A DNA stretch of 64,000 nucleotides, from the NCBI GenBank assembly GCA_009103225.1, contig RHPI01002656.1, positions 310,001 to 374,000 on the forward strand. Reading direction: 5' to 3'. The position numbers and the translations under genes are program-made. Of the stretch, positions 1 to 11,900 are shown one piece after another; position 1 is the first letter of the stretch, and each line of letters opens with the position of its first letter. Under the pieces are notes generated by a model. The model did not search any database. It was given only the letters and a program-made list of their open reading frames with translations, and was not told the DNA's origin. The stretch is from Chlorokybus atmophyticus (lineage: Eukaryota; Plantae; Mesostigma and Chlorokybus algae).

Positions 1-1863
1 AGCTGCTGCCATACAAGCCGCCACAACCGCCGCCACCACTGCCGTCGGTGAAGGTCTCACGGCAACTATTGCTGCGACCTTAGTTGTCCTTGCTGCCGAG
101 TTGATGGCAGCAACCTCGTCAGCAGCAACCATCGCCACTGTTAACCCCACTGCGCAGCCAACCAGTATTGTAGCTATCACCCAGCTCAGTATTGCTGCCT
201 TGGAAACAACCATGGCCGGACTATCAACGTCCACCATAGCTGCCACAGGGGCGAGGCCCTCCACGTCCATGACAGCAAAGGCAGCCTCAACCGGCGCAGC
301 TGACGTATCAGCAGCACTTTTCCCGCTCGGATAAGGACCAACGCGTACAGCCGCTGTCATGTCAATCACCCCGGCGCACGTTAGAGGTGACCAGTTCATG
401 TGGCGCATTGACGAGGATGCTATATGGTGTCGATACTGTCCCTCTTTATCGTCACGAGCTAGGCCACGACTTCGGCACTCTTCGCATCACCGACGAGACC
501 CTCGCCATGTTCTGGGATCTGTACTACCGAACTCGATTGACTCCGCAGCGCTGCTAACATCTAGCACTGCTGGAACCACCCAACCAAGAGCCGTCCAACC
601 TGGACTTCGAATGACTTGGACCCGCAGGTGTTTCAACTGTTTCGGACATTTGCTGCGCGTCCGCTGGGCTAAGATCCTGAGTTGGACACATGCTCATGGC
701 GTGAGCAATGTCGCCGCTTCTACGCACTGAATCGAGCTCGCCAATTCCGTGAGCAGCAAGAACATGTGGTCCGCCGTCGCAAACGAAATTACTTTGAACA
801 AGTCCATCGAGACATTGATGAAGCACCACCTGGCGTCATGATCAACGACACCCGCGATGAGGCACATGGCAACATTTGGGTAAACAGGCCGCAGCATCCC
901 ATCGACGAGGATCGAGAGCGCATCAGGCTCGTTCAAACGGGGGCGTTGAGAGGATATTTTAGGAGGGAAATCGCTGCCCTCATCGTCGACATGACCAACA
1001 CATGGCTAGCAAATCAGCGTCAACCAGGGAAGGGGTATCTTCAACAAGGAGCCCACCCACATCTCGCTGGTCAGCAAACACACGGGGAGCGACAGTTGCG
1101 CACACGCTTGCTGCAGGAAGCCACCCCGGGAACGTTGCAACAACAAGGCCCGGAAGGCGCCACACTCAGAGGGATGCTGCAACTACAGGAAACCACGGGA
1201 GAACGGGCTCAAGTACTCACATGGTTGATCAACAACCACCCTGCAGTTCCACTGCTCGCATTCCTGTCGAGACTGCATTGGATGAGTGCGTTCATGCGCT
1301 CTGTACGGCAAGCCTACGACCAAGTGGTGGACCAGTTGCGTCCGTATGGCATTCGTGACAGAGTCACCATGGAGGTCGCCCTTATGCATCTACCAGGCAT
1401 AGAGGCAGCACGGTAACTTCGGCGCATCGCGCAGGCCTATGACAACCAACGTCGGCAGCAGGACTCGCCCGACACTCTGAGAGGGCGAGCCATGACAGTG
1501 ATCGACGTAGGGATTACCGGAGGCCGGTGGGATACGTATATGCGGAGCATCCTTGGGATATCCACCATTGGCGACGCATTGGGAAGGCAGCTGGTACGCG
1601 CCGTCTACCTCACGCCTATGCCTCAGGTGGAGGGGTTTGCCGATTGGCGTTATCACCCCTCAGCCACATTGAAGGGCACACTTGTGCGTGAGGTCGTTCA
1701 TGCACTCTATTGGACCAACAGGGAGGCAGTGGCAGCAATGGAACGCGTTCCTCCACCACCACCACTAGCAGCTCCTGGTCTCGACCCATCTCCTCGTCGC
1801 AATCCACCACCGGCGCCAGCACCACCCGGACAGGGGCCAGGGCAGGGGGGTGAAACAGAATAA
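1..1863 (+). pseudogene. gag C-terminal part of copy 1 (A/T-rich spacer and conserved unknown domain)
   Basis: ORFs 682..1416 and 1492..1863 align with the C-terminal part of ORF 9659..12748, e.g. TWLINNHPAVPLLAF vs TWLVANHPAVPLFAF and RAMTVIDVG vs RAMTVLDVG. Confidence 0.88.
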
Positions 1864-1911
1864 GGGAGTGCACCAGGACAGGGCACAGCTCCTGCTGCAG
1901 GAAAAGGAGCC

Positions 1912-2539
1912 ATGGCAGCCTTGAGGTCCAGCACTATGGAGCACCATCCCACCACAAATGCTGTTTCTCGACGTCCCCACGATCGCGCACGGCTCAACGC
2001 CAACGCAGTCATGGTTGCCAACCAGGGCAAGCATGTGCAGATCAACGGACATGCGCCCAAGCGCGTCATGCTGAATGGAGGGGCACAACCATGTATTATC
2101 GGTCGACACTTGGCTAAGGCCTTGGGTCTCACAGCAGCGGCGCTTGACAGCTGCCCTTTTGAGATTGACACCGCCACGCAAGGACGAGAAAGCCCCGTTG
2201 GCATCACCAAGGAAGTCCTCACCATTACCCTAACTGGGCTGGACCCCACTCACACTACTCAGCTAGCTCAGCGGTGTGTGGTCACCAACGCCACTAATTA
2301 TAACCTGCTAATCGGGCAAGACTTCAGCTACCCCGTAGCCATTGGCATGGACAACTGGACCGAGCAAGCATGGTTCAGACCTGGCTGGTGTAGCAGAGAT
2401 GGTTCCACCATCGGGTTCATCCCCCTCGACCTAGTGTTGCCCACACGAGCACGCCGACTTATGGGGGCCACCGCTACAACTGTCGCTACGTCACCCATGC
2501 CCTACCCCGACACGCAGGACACTGCAACCAAGGAGGTGG
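1912..2539 (+). pseudogene. retropepsin-like aspartic protease of copy 1
   Basis: KRVMLNGGAQP aligns with KRVMLDTGAQP of copy 2, with the catalytic Asp lost. The NYNLLIGQDF second motif is present. Confidence 0.85.
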
Positions 2540-2983
2540 TGTTGACATACACACGTGCAAGTGACACGCCAACAACATCAACACAAGAGCATGACTGCTA
2601 CTGCCGCCATAGCATCCGCACACATGCTACATCGTGACCTCTTTTCTTTATCGCAACAAGTCTGGGCTTTATACCCCGCCAGTCTCTACACACGTCTACA
2701 TTGGCAAGCACCGCGTGCGCTATACTCAGCCGATTGCTGTTCTGTAAGCTATGCTGTCTAGCTCACAACCAGAGCTTTCCAACAAGCAAAGCCACACCTG
2801 CTAAGCTTACGTATCCACGAAGCTACGCGATTTCTCCCAAGGCTCTACCAAGCAACCTGATCCGGAGTCCGTCATGACTCGACCGTCTTGCTAAGTCTAG
2901 AGTCCACGCGCTTCTTCCTGGTACCTTCGACCCTCGACTCCTGTATGAAGGGCAAGCTGACCGGATACAAGCATTAGTCAACA
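2540..2983. mobile_element. solo LTR (444 bp) inserted between protease and DNMT of copy 1
   Basis: Ends are TGTTGAC...GTCAACA (7-bp perfect inverted termini) with a 5-bp TSD GGTGG at 2535-2539 and 2984-2988. Removing it restores the KEV|ALQDPAERR reading homologous to copy 2. A TATAAAG on the minus strand (~2666-2672) suggests minus orientation. Confidence 0.9.
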
Positions 2984-3116
2984 GGTGGCCTTATAAGACC
3001 CTGCAGAGCGTCGTTGAAGAGCAGAGGTAAATGCGCATGCATTGCTAGACAAACAGCCTTTCCCTACACGCTTTCTAAACTAACACGAAGATGTCCCGGT
3101 TGCAGAGCAGGTCATC

Positions 3117-4320
3117 ATGGCCACTGGAGCCGTGGACTTCAGCGCGGTGCGGCGCCAACAAGAAGTCACCTTGCCGGAGCTGTTCGGCGGGATTGGCAGC
3201 GGCTTGGCGGCTCTTCTTAACACCGGTGTCAAGGTAATACAGTATCACTACTGTGACCCTGATCCGCACGCTGTTCGCCATCATCTATGCCAGTTGCACT
3301 TGCGCTATCCACACCTCTTGCCGTTGTTTGCATTTCGTGGAAGTCTTAAGGCTCTGCCTCAAAACATCCGCTCCATCTCGGCTGATCATCTCATTGCCTT
3401 GGGCAATGTGGATCTGTTGATTGCTAAATGGGAGTGCCAGGGTCACTCCAGGGCCGGGACCGGACAGGGGTTAACGATCCACGCTTCACACTCTTTTGGG
3501 CATTGCTGCGAGTCATCCACCCTGCTGCAGCACCACCAGATTCAACACCCTCTGGTGTACGTTATCGACAATGTCCTCCGAGGATGATCGCCGCCATCAT
3601 GTGCAGCACAGCTACCGCGTCGTGTGCTCTATCCTTGGCCACCCGTCCAAGATAAACGCCGCACGCCGTGGGAGTGCCAGGGTCACTCTCGGGCCGGGAC
3701 CGGACAGGGGTGAACGATCCACGCTCCACACTCTTTTGGGCATTGCTGCGAGTCATCCACCCTGCTGCAGCACCACCAGATTCAACACCCTCTGGTGTAC
3801 GTTATCGACAATGTCCTCCGAGGATGATCGCCGCCATCATGTGCAGCACAGCTACCGCGTCGTGTGCTCTATCCTTGGCCACCCGTCCAAGATAAACGCC
3901 GCACTCCATGGGTTACGTGCACACCGCGTCCGTGCCAAGTGGACAAACCTCGCCGATGTGGAAGAGCTGACCACCGCTGAGCACCTCAGCTCGCATCACA
4001 AGAGATTGTGAATGACATCCTCGACATTAGCAGAGCGTCACAGCGAGTCTCTCGCCACGACCATGCGCACTTCCATTAATGCAATCAACCAGGAGAACCA
4101 CGTTGAGCTCTCCCCACGCCGGGTCTCATACCCGAGCTCGTATGCCTTCAGAGATGGCAGGGACGGCATGGTCTTCGACAGCAACACAGGCCGCCTGGAC
4201 GAACCCAATGCACGCGAGCGTGAACGCGCCATGAGGTTCTTCCCAGGCAGCATCACAGGCTGCTCAATGATAGATAATCAGCAAAGGCAACTCTTGGGAC
4301 GCGCCATGGACCAGAATAGC
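3117..4320 (+). pseudogene. C5 cytosine methyltransferase domain of copy 1 (frameshifted, internally duplicated)
   Basis: Motif I LPELFGGIGSG, motif IV LLIAKWECQGHS, motif VI YVIDNV, motif VIII RAHRVRAKWTNL, and EPNARERERAMRF and QLLGRAMD (motif X region). Confidence 0.9.
3429..3904 (+). repeat. 240-bp tandem duplication of the DNMT motif IV-VIII region
   Basis: 3429-3664 is nearly identical to 3669-3904. The ORF track shows the duplicated peptides at 3428..3655 and 3668..3895. Confidence 0.95.
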
Positions 4321-4494
4321 ATGGTCTGTTGCCTGGAGGTATGCTTCGTCATTCAAGACCGACAGGTGTCTCTCAAGGATCTCAAACACCTGTTTCGGGG
4401 TGGGTCAATTGCTCCGATACTGTCGTGGCCCACACCGCCCTGGAGATCGCTCACATGAGGAGGAGCAGGCAGCAGTCACAGTGGAGCTTATCCT

Positions 4495-5930
4495 GTGAAG
4501 GCAACAGCCACGTCATGGGATCCTGCCATGGGACCCTTGGCTACAGGGCCTGTGAAGGAGCAGTTGGGGGGGGGGGGGGGNCTCAACAAGTGGAGAGCTC
4601 AGTTCAGCTTCAATGTCAAGGAGTTGGGCAAGTGCTTAGTGTACCAGATGGACAACGACCTCATCGACGAAGAACCGGTGTTTAGAAGACAGTACAAACT
4701 CTCCAAGTTGGAGGAAGACTTGGTGGAGCAGCGATACAAGGCATTGGTAGAGGCGGAACTCATCGAGTCCAAGTCAAACTTCGCCGCCGCAACAGCCATG
4801 CCCCTTAAGAAGGACTCGGAGGGCAATTAGACAGAACGGCGTATGTGGGGGCTATTGCCTACTCAACAACAAAACCAGGGCATCTTCGACGACGTCGGCT
4901 CGTGCACCGTGTTTTGTAGTCTGGCCATGCGGCAGGGTACAACCAGATCGAGGTCAAGCCCGAAGACAAGCGCAAGATGGCATTTTGGGGCAACCAGCAA
5001 CTCTACCACTCGAAGGTCATGCCTTTCGGGCTGAACGCGCCAGCAAAGTTGCAGCGCGTGATGGACAAGGCGTTGAAGGGATGCTCCTTCGCGCGGTGCT
5101 ACATCGACGATATCCTAATCTTCAGCCACACGGCAGAGGAGCATCTCCTCCACATCGAGGAGGTGCCAAGGAGAGTACTGGCAGTAGGGATGATAATGCA
5201 CCCCGACAAGTGCACTTTCTTTACCCACAAGGTCCCCTACCTCGGCCACACGATCGTGCCCAACACGGTGTGTACGTTCAGCAGGTCAAGGTGAAGGCTT
5301 TGGCATCTATCTCAGCCCCAAACCTGATTCGGCTGCGTGTCTTTCTTGGCCTCACCAATTATTACAGGAGGTTCGTCAAAGAAATTGCCAAGGTGGCGCG
5401 TCCCCTCCACGAACTTCTCAAGAAAGAGACAGAGTGGAGCTGGAAGGAGGCCCAGCAACAGGCTTTCAAAGAGCTGAAGCAAAGGCTCACATCAGCCCTC
5501 ATTTTTGCAGCGATCAAACTACACCAAGCCGTTCATTCTCCACCGACTGGAGTAAGCTCGGCATGGGTGCGGTATTGGTTCATCTTAATGGTAACCGGAA
5601 GGAACGGGTGGTGTCCTACGCCAGCTGCAGCAACAACAGCGCGAAGGCCAACTACAGCAGTTACGAAGGCGAATGCCTTGCTGCAATATGGGCCATCCCT
5701 TTCTTCAGACCTTCTCTGTTTCGAAGACAATTCTCTCTGATCACCGACCACCAACCGCTGCACTGGCTTATGACCAACCAGCACCTTACGAGCAAGTTGT
5801 CCAGGTGGGCCCTGTTGCTACACGAATATGACTTCGGGATCACACGCCGAGCGGGCCTGGTCAACCAGGACGCAGACGGCCTCAGCCGTAACCCCCACCT
5901 CTCCACCACTGACGCCACCGGTGCCCGTCA
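4495..5930 (+). pseudogene. reverse transcriptase and RNase H of copy 1 (frameshifted)
   Basis: KVMPFGL-NAPAKLQRVMD, CYIDDILIFS, TDWSKLGMGAVL, NYSSYEGECLA and ITDHQPL motifs are spread over several frames. Confidence 0.93.
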
Positions 5931-6319
5931 TGAGCTGGGTCCAGTGGCACCACCACCACAGGTGGCCACAATGTTTGCCGTAGCTGCATTACGCTCGGGA
6001 CGGGACACCATCACAGAATCAGCTCTGACAATGCCGAAACAGAGGAGATGCCAGCGCTCACTCCCGTCGATGCCGACCCGTCTTAGCAGACCGCACCAGA
6101 TGATGCCCAACTCCCAGCTTCAGATCCATGTCAAGACATCCGGTTGAGAAGGACTCCATGGCTTACCTACAACATGGACAACATGTGGCAGGACTAAGCG
6201 CGCAAGCGTGACTGCGTCAGGCAGCGCTGCCAGAACTACCAATGGGAGGATGGACTCGTCTTTCGGCGTGTCCACATCCATGACAAAGAGGTTCCGGCGC
6301 TGCACCGGCGCGAGGGCAT

Positions 6320-7629
6320 CATCTCTGCACTCCACACAGAGTTGGGACACTTACGTATCAAGCGCACCGTCAACTTGGTGAGTGCCCAGTACTAATGGCA
6401 TGGCATGCACACCCAAGTTCGCACCTTTGTTGCAAACTGCACGCATTGCGACCTGGTGCGTGCCAGCCTCAATACCCGCACTAGCACACTGCATCCACTG
6501 CCTATCGCCAGCATGTTCTACCGGTGGGGACTGAACATCCTTGAAGATCTAGCACGCTCAGCTCGTGGCAATAGATACATCCTCGTCATAAGCGAGCACT
6601 TTTTCAAATGGGTTAAGCTGGTCCCCCTTCCCAACAAAAGTAGTAGAGGAACCGCTCAGGCTTTCCTCGACCATGTGCTCAGTCGCTTCGGCTCATGCGC
6701 TGAAGTCATCATCGACCAAGGAGCGGAGTTCCGCGGCGAGTTCGACACTTTGCTTGATCGCTCTTACATCGACCATCGACGTACCTCATGCGACCATCCG
6801 CAGGCGGATGAGCTGGCGGAATGTACTATTCATACCATTGAAAAGGCCTTGCGCAAGTACGTCATCGACCACGAGAAGCGCACCTGGGATGACTACCTTC
6901 CCTGGATAGCACTAGGCTATCGGCTTTTCAAGCAAGCTTCCTTGCGCATGTACAGCCCGTATCAGCTGTTGTTTCGTAGGGAACCCTTACTCCCCTTCTG
7001 CGCACAAAGAAAAGTGGAACGCGTGTTGGACAACCTCGACAACCCTGTAACTATGCTGCACGACATGCAACAGCGCGCCTATCTTTTTACGCACGTCATT
7101 CCCATGGCCATGGGCAATCTTCATATTGCTCAGCACCGTGACACGCTGCGCTATGAACGCGTTCGCAGTGGATTCTATAAACACCGCAGTCGCCGCTTCG
7201 AAACGGGCGACTATGTCTTCCGCATGACCCAAACCAAGGACACTCTTGACATCAGTGTCAGACGCGTCGTCTACAAGGTCCAAAAGGTTTACCTTTTGGA
7301 CCTTGTAGATTTCAGAGGGGATTACAATCCCCTCTGAAATTCTGGGTTTACTCGGCAACGACGGCGAACGCCTCAATGACAACATGGAAAACTGTGCTTC
7401 ATGTCATCTGCCACACGTTGCAGGATTGGACGTCATTCAGCACCCTCGACCCAGTCGCAGCAAGTGTTGCGAGAAGTGCGGTGCCGCCGACGACGCACTT
7501 ATGATGCTGTGCAACGGTTGCAACAAAGGCATGCACTGCTATTAACTCGATCCGCCAAAAAATAATGTGCCTCTGGAGGCATACTGGTGTGAGGACTGCC
7601 GCGTCCGTGGTCCTCCTCATTCTCGATGA
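6320..7629 (+). pseudogene. integrase plus C-terminal PHD finger of copy 1
   Basis: HTELGH...CTHCD zinc finger and a DDE core (WGLNIL, IIDQG, LAEC). The PHD remnant CEKC...LCNGCNKGMHCY*...YWCEDC lies at ~7468-7600. Confidence 0.9.
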
Positions 7630-7665
7630 AGACTGCTCACTAAAGCAGAGATTTCCTTAGTACAC

Positions 7666-7924
7666 AGGGGGGCGGCTTGTTGACTTGCTCTTGTTAGCAT
7701 TGTCAGCAACGCATTTCATCACTCGGAGCACACAGCACTATGTCATATCACATGTTATTAGCATCACAGGTGTTTCCCCCACAAGAAGGTACAGGCAGGG
7801 GGGTATTCTTTGCCTTCCGCACTGTGCAGCACAACCGACAGTCCACAAGGCTGGCCTCATGCCCCATCATGGCAATACGGTTGGGAGCGACCTGGAGGGG
7901 CACACGTCCCTGCCAGGCCCGACA
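7666..7924 (+). other. PPT and 247-bp 3' terminal segment of copy 1
   Basis: AGGGGGGCGGCT|TGTTGA...GGCCCGACA. The same junction and the same terminal CCCGACA occur in copy 2. Confidence 0.85.
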
Positions 7925-8121
7925 ATAGCCACCAGTGTTGTTGTTGTTGTTGTTGTAGCCAATAGAGGGCCGCAGCTCGTGGAACTTGCGCCAGCATCCT
8001 GCCTCCGAATGTCCCATTTTGTGGCAGTTGTCGCACACATGTCGCATACAGGTTGCCACAATTTTGGTGCATTTCTTTTTAAAGTGCCCATGACGACCAC
8101 ACCGATGGCACAGCACCGGAG
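7925..8121 (-). pseudogene. gag zinc-knuckle fragment of copy 3, cut off by the insertions of copies 1 and 2
   Basis: PVLCHRCGRHGHFKKKC...CDNCHKMGHSEAGCWRKFHELRPSIGYNNNN is homologous to 10203-10387. It joins in register with 18376-18461 across the GGAG duplication. Confidence 0.92.
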
Positions 8122-8421
8122 TGTCATGCCTATCGCCCAAGCATGTTAGTCATCATCGGGCATGCCTACAGCGAGACCCTCGCCCGGCTTACCAGCTTGG
8201 CAACCCGCTGACCACTAGCTAGGTCATGTCTCTAGAGTAGCTCATGACCATAGCCTACATAGGCACCGCGCGTAGCTGTTCAGTTGTGAGTTTAGTTATA
8301 AGTCAGGTTCTATATCGAGTGGTAATTTCCTGTGGAAATAGCCTCGATATGACCGTTAGCTTATGTTCTGGACAGTCATGAGTTGACTTGTATAAGTAGG
8401 CACAGTGTTCACCGGATCAGC

Positions 8422-8437
8422 TGGTGACACTGTAAGT
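8422..8437 (+). other. PBS-like site TGGTGACACTGTAAGT, ~300 bp inside the 5' end
   Basis: It follows ...GGATCA+GC, like an LTR-end/PBS junction. Homologues occur at 21034-21049(-), 27698-27713(-) and 29308-29323(+). It is the exact reverse complement of 8711-8726. Confidence 0.6.
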
Positions 8438-8922
8438 AAAAAAGCTAAGAGCTTGTGAAGCGACTTGAACTACGAAACACACCGTCCTGGTTCCCAAGAA
8501 TCCCCTCACCGTGTGAGAGCCTGTGCATGTTCTTGTGCACTGTGCTTGTCCTCGCTGTGAGCTTTGTGTACTTGGTTGCGGTGTGCTTGTTGGCATCAGT
8601 CAGGGCATAGCATCCACGTGTTGCTCATTCACCTCACTTAACAGTGTAATTTCTCTTCCACTCACGCAAAGAACTGTGTAAACAGCACTACCTATCGTAG
8701 TGGCTTGTTGACTTACAGTGTCACCAACTTTGCTCAAGTGAGTGTAGTTGCAGGTTGTACATCAGCATCGCAATCTGTAGTTGTACACATCACAGTGCAG
8801 TGTTGTCACCGTCACCGCATAGCGCGCACAAGCGCTAGTGTTGGGTGATAGCAGCACTGGAGATCCCATTGTAGAGCACAAACACTCTACCCTTCATCCA
8901 CTTTCACCATCGCATCAGCTGT

Positions 8923-11900
8923 ATGAGCAGGCCCACCCCTTTCTCGCCAATAGAAGAAGGGGACCTCAACAACTGGAGCCCAACCTCCAACCTTACCTAT
9001 AAGCGCGCAAGTGAAGGGAGCGATTACCGTAGCAGCAGAGGCTCACGCCCCGTCTCCGGCTTCACCTCCTCTCACTCCACTCCTCGTCAACGAGCATCTC
9101 CACCACCGTCGGATAGTGACGACGAAGAGATGGAGCCTTCCAGCTCAACCAACTCCCTACGCTTCTCCGGACGCCCTGGCACCACCTCACTTGACGAGTT
9201 CATCATCAAGTTCCACTCCAAGATGCGGCAGCAAGCCCTCAAGAGCAAGGACTGGACAGACGAGGTATCGTTTCTTGTGTCCGCCCAATACCTTGATCAC
9301 GAAGCACATGATGTGTGGAAGTCCGTCGCTGAGTTGCACAAGATTGATGGCTATGGCGAGTTGGCCAGCACAATAGCCGCCACGTCACTGCACAGCCCAT
9401 CGGTTACGGTCCCTGTAGCACCGGCCCCGCCCGCCTCAGTCACGGATCTCACTCTAGCTGCAGCCATGGAGAAGGCAGAGAATGAAGAGGTTGAGGTGGT
9501 AGTGGCCTCATTGACTCCTGCAGAAATCGAGAGCAAGAAGGCCGAGCGCCGGATCAGAATACTCAACCGCACCGCTGCCATCATCAGGGAGCAACAAGAG
9601 GAGCAGCAAGCTGCAGCATTGGAGATGGGTACGCCCCTGCTACCAACACCGAACTCGCGTGCTCCAGCGGGAGCCAGTGTTTTCACCCTCGGCTCAGTGG
9701 CATTGCGTGCACGCGATTACGGTGGGCGCGGCCATGTCGGACTCCCCGTTGAAGGACCTCTACGCCGCACTCCGGCGCACCTTCCCACCTCAAACCAACA
9801 GCAAGGTGGAGGAGTTGAGGCGTTTTCGACGGAAGCCCCACGAGGACCCTCTCCGACTGTATTCACGGTTGGAAGGGTTGCTTAAAGACACTGACTACAA
9901 GATCGTCAGTGAGGAGGCGGCAGCATTGGTGTATGTGGCCGAGTTGGATCCCACCCTCGGTGAGTCAACGCGCTTGACGCTGAACTACAGCAGGCCCCTC
10001 GGCTACACCCTCAAGGAAGCTTTCGAGACTGCACAAGCCATCCATAAGCGTGCAGTGTATGCGAAAGCGGTGCTGGACACCAACCGCAGTGCCTCACGGC
10101 CTATGGCAGGCACAAGTGCAGAGCCTCTTCGGCGGGACCGCAGCCGAGAGCCGCAAGGCATCCACCACAAGGATAAACGGTCAGCTCATGCTGCCCTTGT
10201 GGCTCCAGTGCTGTGCCACCGGTGTGGTCGACCCGGCCACTACCAAAAAGAGTGCACCGAAGATTACGGCAACCTTGTGTGCGACCACTGCCACAAGACG
10301 GTACACTTGGAGACAGTATGCTGGCTCAAGTTCCCTGAGCTGCGGCCCACTATTGGCTACAACAACGGCAACAACGCTGTTGGCTACCGCGGCAACAACA
10401 ACAACAACAACAACGGGGGCTACAACAACAGCAACCACGCTGGCGGCTACAACAACAGCAACAACGCTGGTGGTCGCAACAACAGCAACAACGCTGGTGG
10501 CCACAACCCCAACAACAACAACAACGCTGGCGCCCGCAAGGAAGAAGCTGGCTATAGAGGGAAAAACCGCCCTCCACAGCACAAAGAGCTTGAGGGACGT
10601 CCTTGCGCTGGAGCTGCTGCTGTAAAGGCACCAACCAATCCACCGGCTATTGACCAAGTGGCAGCCCTGATGGCGCGCGTGGCACAGCTGGAGGAGAACA
10701 AGGAGCAGGACTATCAAGCCTGCTATGCTGCTAGGTGGGCACTGATGGCACCGAAACGGGATAGGGACACTCCCACGCCGTCGCGCGTACAACCATCCAG
10801 ACGTGCGCGCAGGGAAGCTGGCGCGTCGTCAACAGCGGCATCGTCGGACGCCACAAGTGGTGCTGCCTCGGCAGCCACAACCACCGCTGGGACGACGCCG
10901 TCGACGACACCGTCGGCGTCCACACCGACCACGACAGCAGGTGTCAGCACTCTTGGCACCACGCTGTCCCCGGTGATGAAGAGCACCCACGCCGCAACAA
11001 CCATGGTCGTTGGGTTCGTAAGTGGTGAATCCACCACTCCTGCCTCCATCGAAGCGACCACATCAACCGCAACTGCTGCCACCCTCACAGCCGTCACCTC
11101 AGTAACGACGACTGCTGCAGGTGCCACCACCATCGCCCCCAGTAGTGTTGCCATACCCACTGCACCACTTCCTGAGGGACGAACGGCACCGCCACCAGCG
11201 TTGGACGTCACACAGCAAGTGCCACGCGGGCCACAAGCAGAGCGCACCTGGGCGTCGAATCTACGCAACGTGGAACCCACCACCATTGCGTACGGACCAG
11301 GGGGGCAACGCACCACGCGCGTGGCACGCGATGATCGCATCTTGCCCCTACCACCTCCAGAGTACCACACGCTGCCGGAACCCACACAACAACAGCTGGA
11401 GGATGAAATCCTCGCCGGCACTGCACCAGAGATGAGGGATCGTCTGTTCGGGGTCACCTACCGACGACCTGCGGTATTGGAGCTGGCCATCCAGTTGTTC
11501 CTGGCGTTACACGCACAAGTGCAGAGCGCACCTAGTCAAACGCAGCAACCCATGCCCGCTCAACAGATCGACTTCGAGCCCTCACCACTGGACCCACTCG
11601 GCCTCCAGCGGCACAAAATGCAAGACCTCGTGGTCACCATGTCTGACATCGCGCTGGGCACTGATCCCGCTCTCCGGGGGCTCACTCCAGGCAGTCGTCA
11701 GGAGCGTTTTTTTGCACTCGAACAGGCCCATCGTTATCAAATGGACCAAGCTGCCCAAGTGGACGCGCGCCGACAAGCGTACGAAGCAGCACACGCCGTT
11801 ATCGTACCGACCGTAGCGCCAGCAAATGTGGCCAACGCCTCTACGGCGCTGACCACAGCGTACTCCACGGCAATCGCCATCGAGCAGCCAGGACACGCAA

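Larger units (their letters stand above)
1..7924 (+). mobile_element. DNMT-carrying Ty3/Gypsy-type element, copy 1 (degenerate; 5' end lies left of the window)
   Basis: Colinear remnants of gag, protease, DNMT, RT (YIDD ~5100), RNase H, integrase and PHD match copy 2 at the protein level. There are many stops and frameshifts. A PPT at 7666-7677 is followed by TGTTGA...CCCGACA, ending at 7924, where an inverted gag begins. Confidence 0.93.

Noticed and set aside
7748-8140. ORF 7748..8140(-) as an independent zinc-finger gene
   Set aside because: It is a chance fusion of the copy 3 gag fragment with the antisense ends of copies 1 and 2.
8422-8433. Conventional tRNA-Leu primer-binding site
   Set aside because: As I recall plant tRNA-Leu(UAG) ends ...CUGUCACCA, which matches only TGGTGACA (8 nt), and copy 4 has TGATG with a compensating change in the partner arm. 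It is not excluded without the host tRNA set.
9700-9720. Frame change within gag as a programmed frameshift
   Set aside because: Copies 3 and 4 read through this region in one frame. Copy 2 simply lacks 2 nt.
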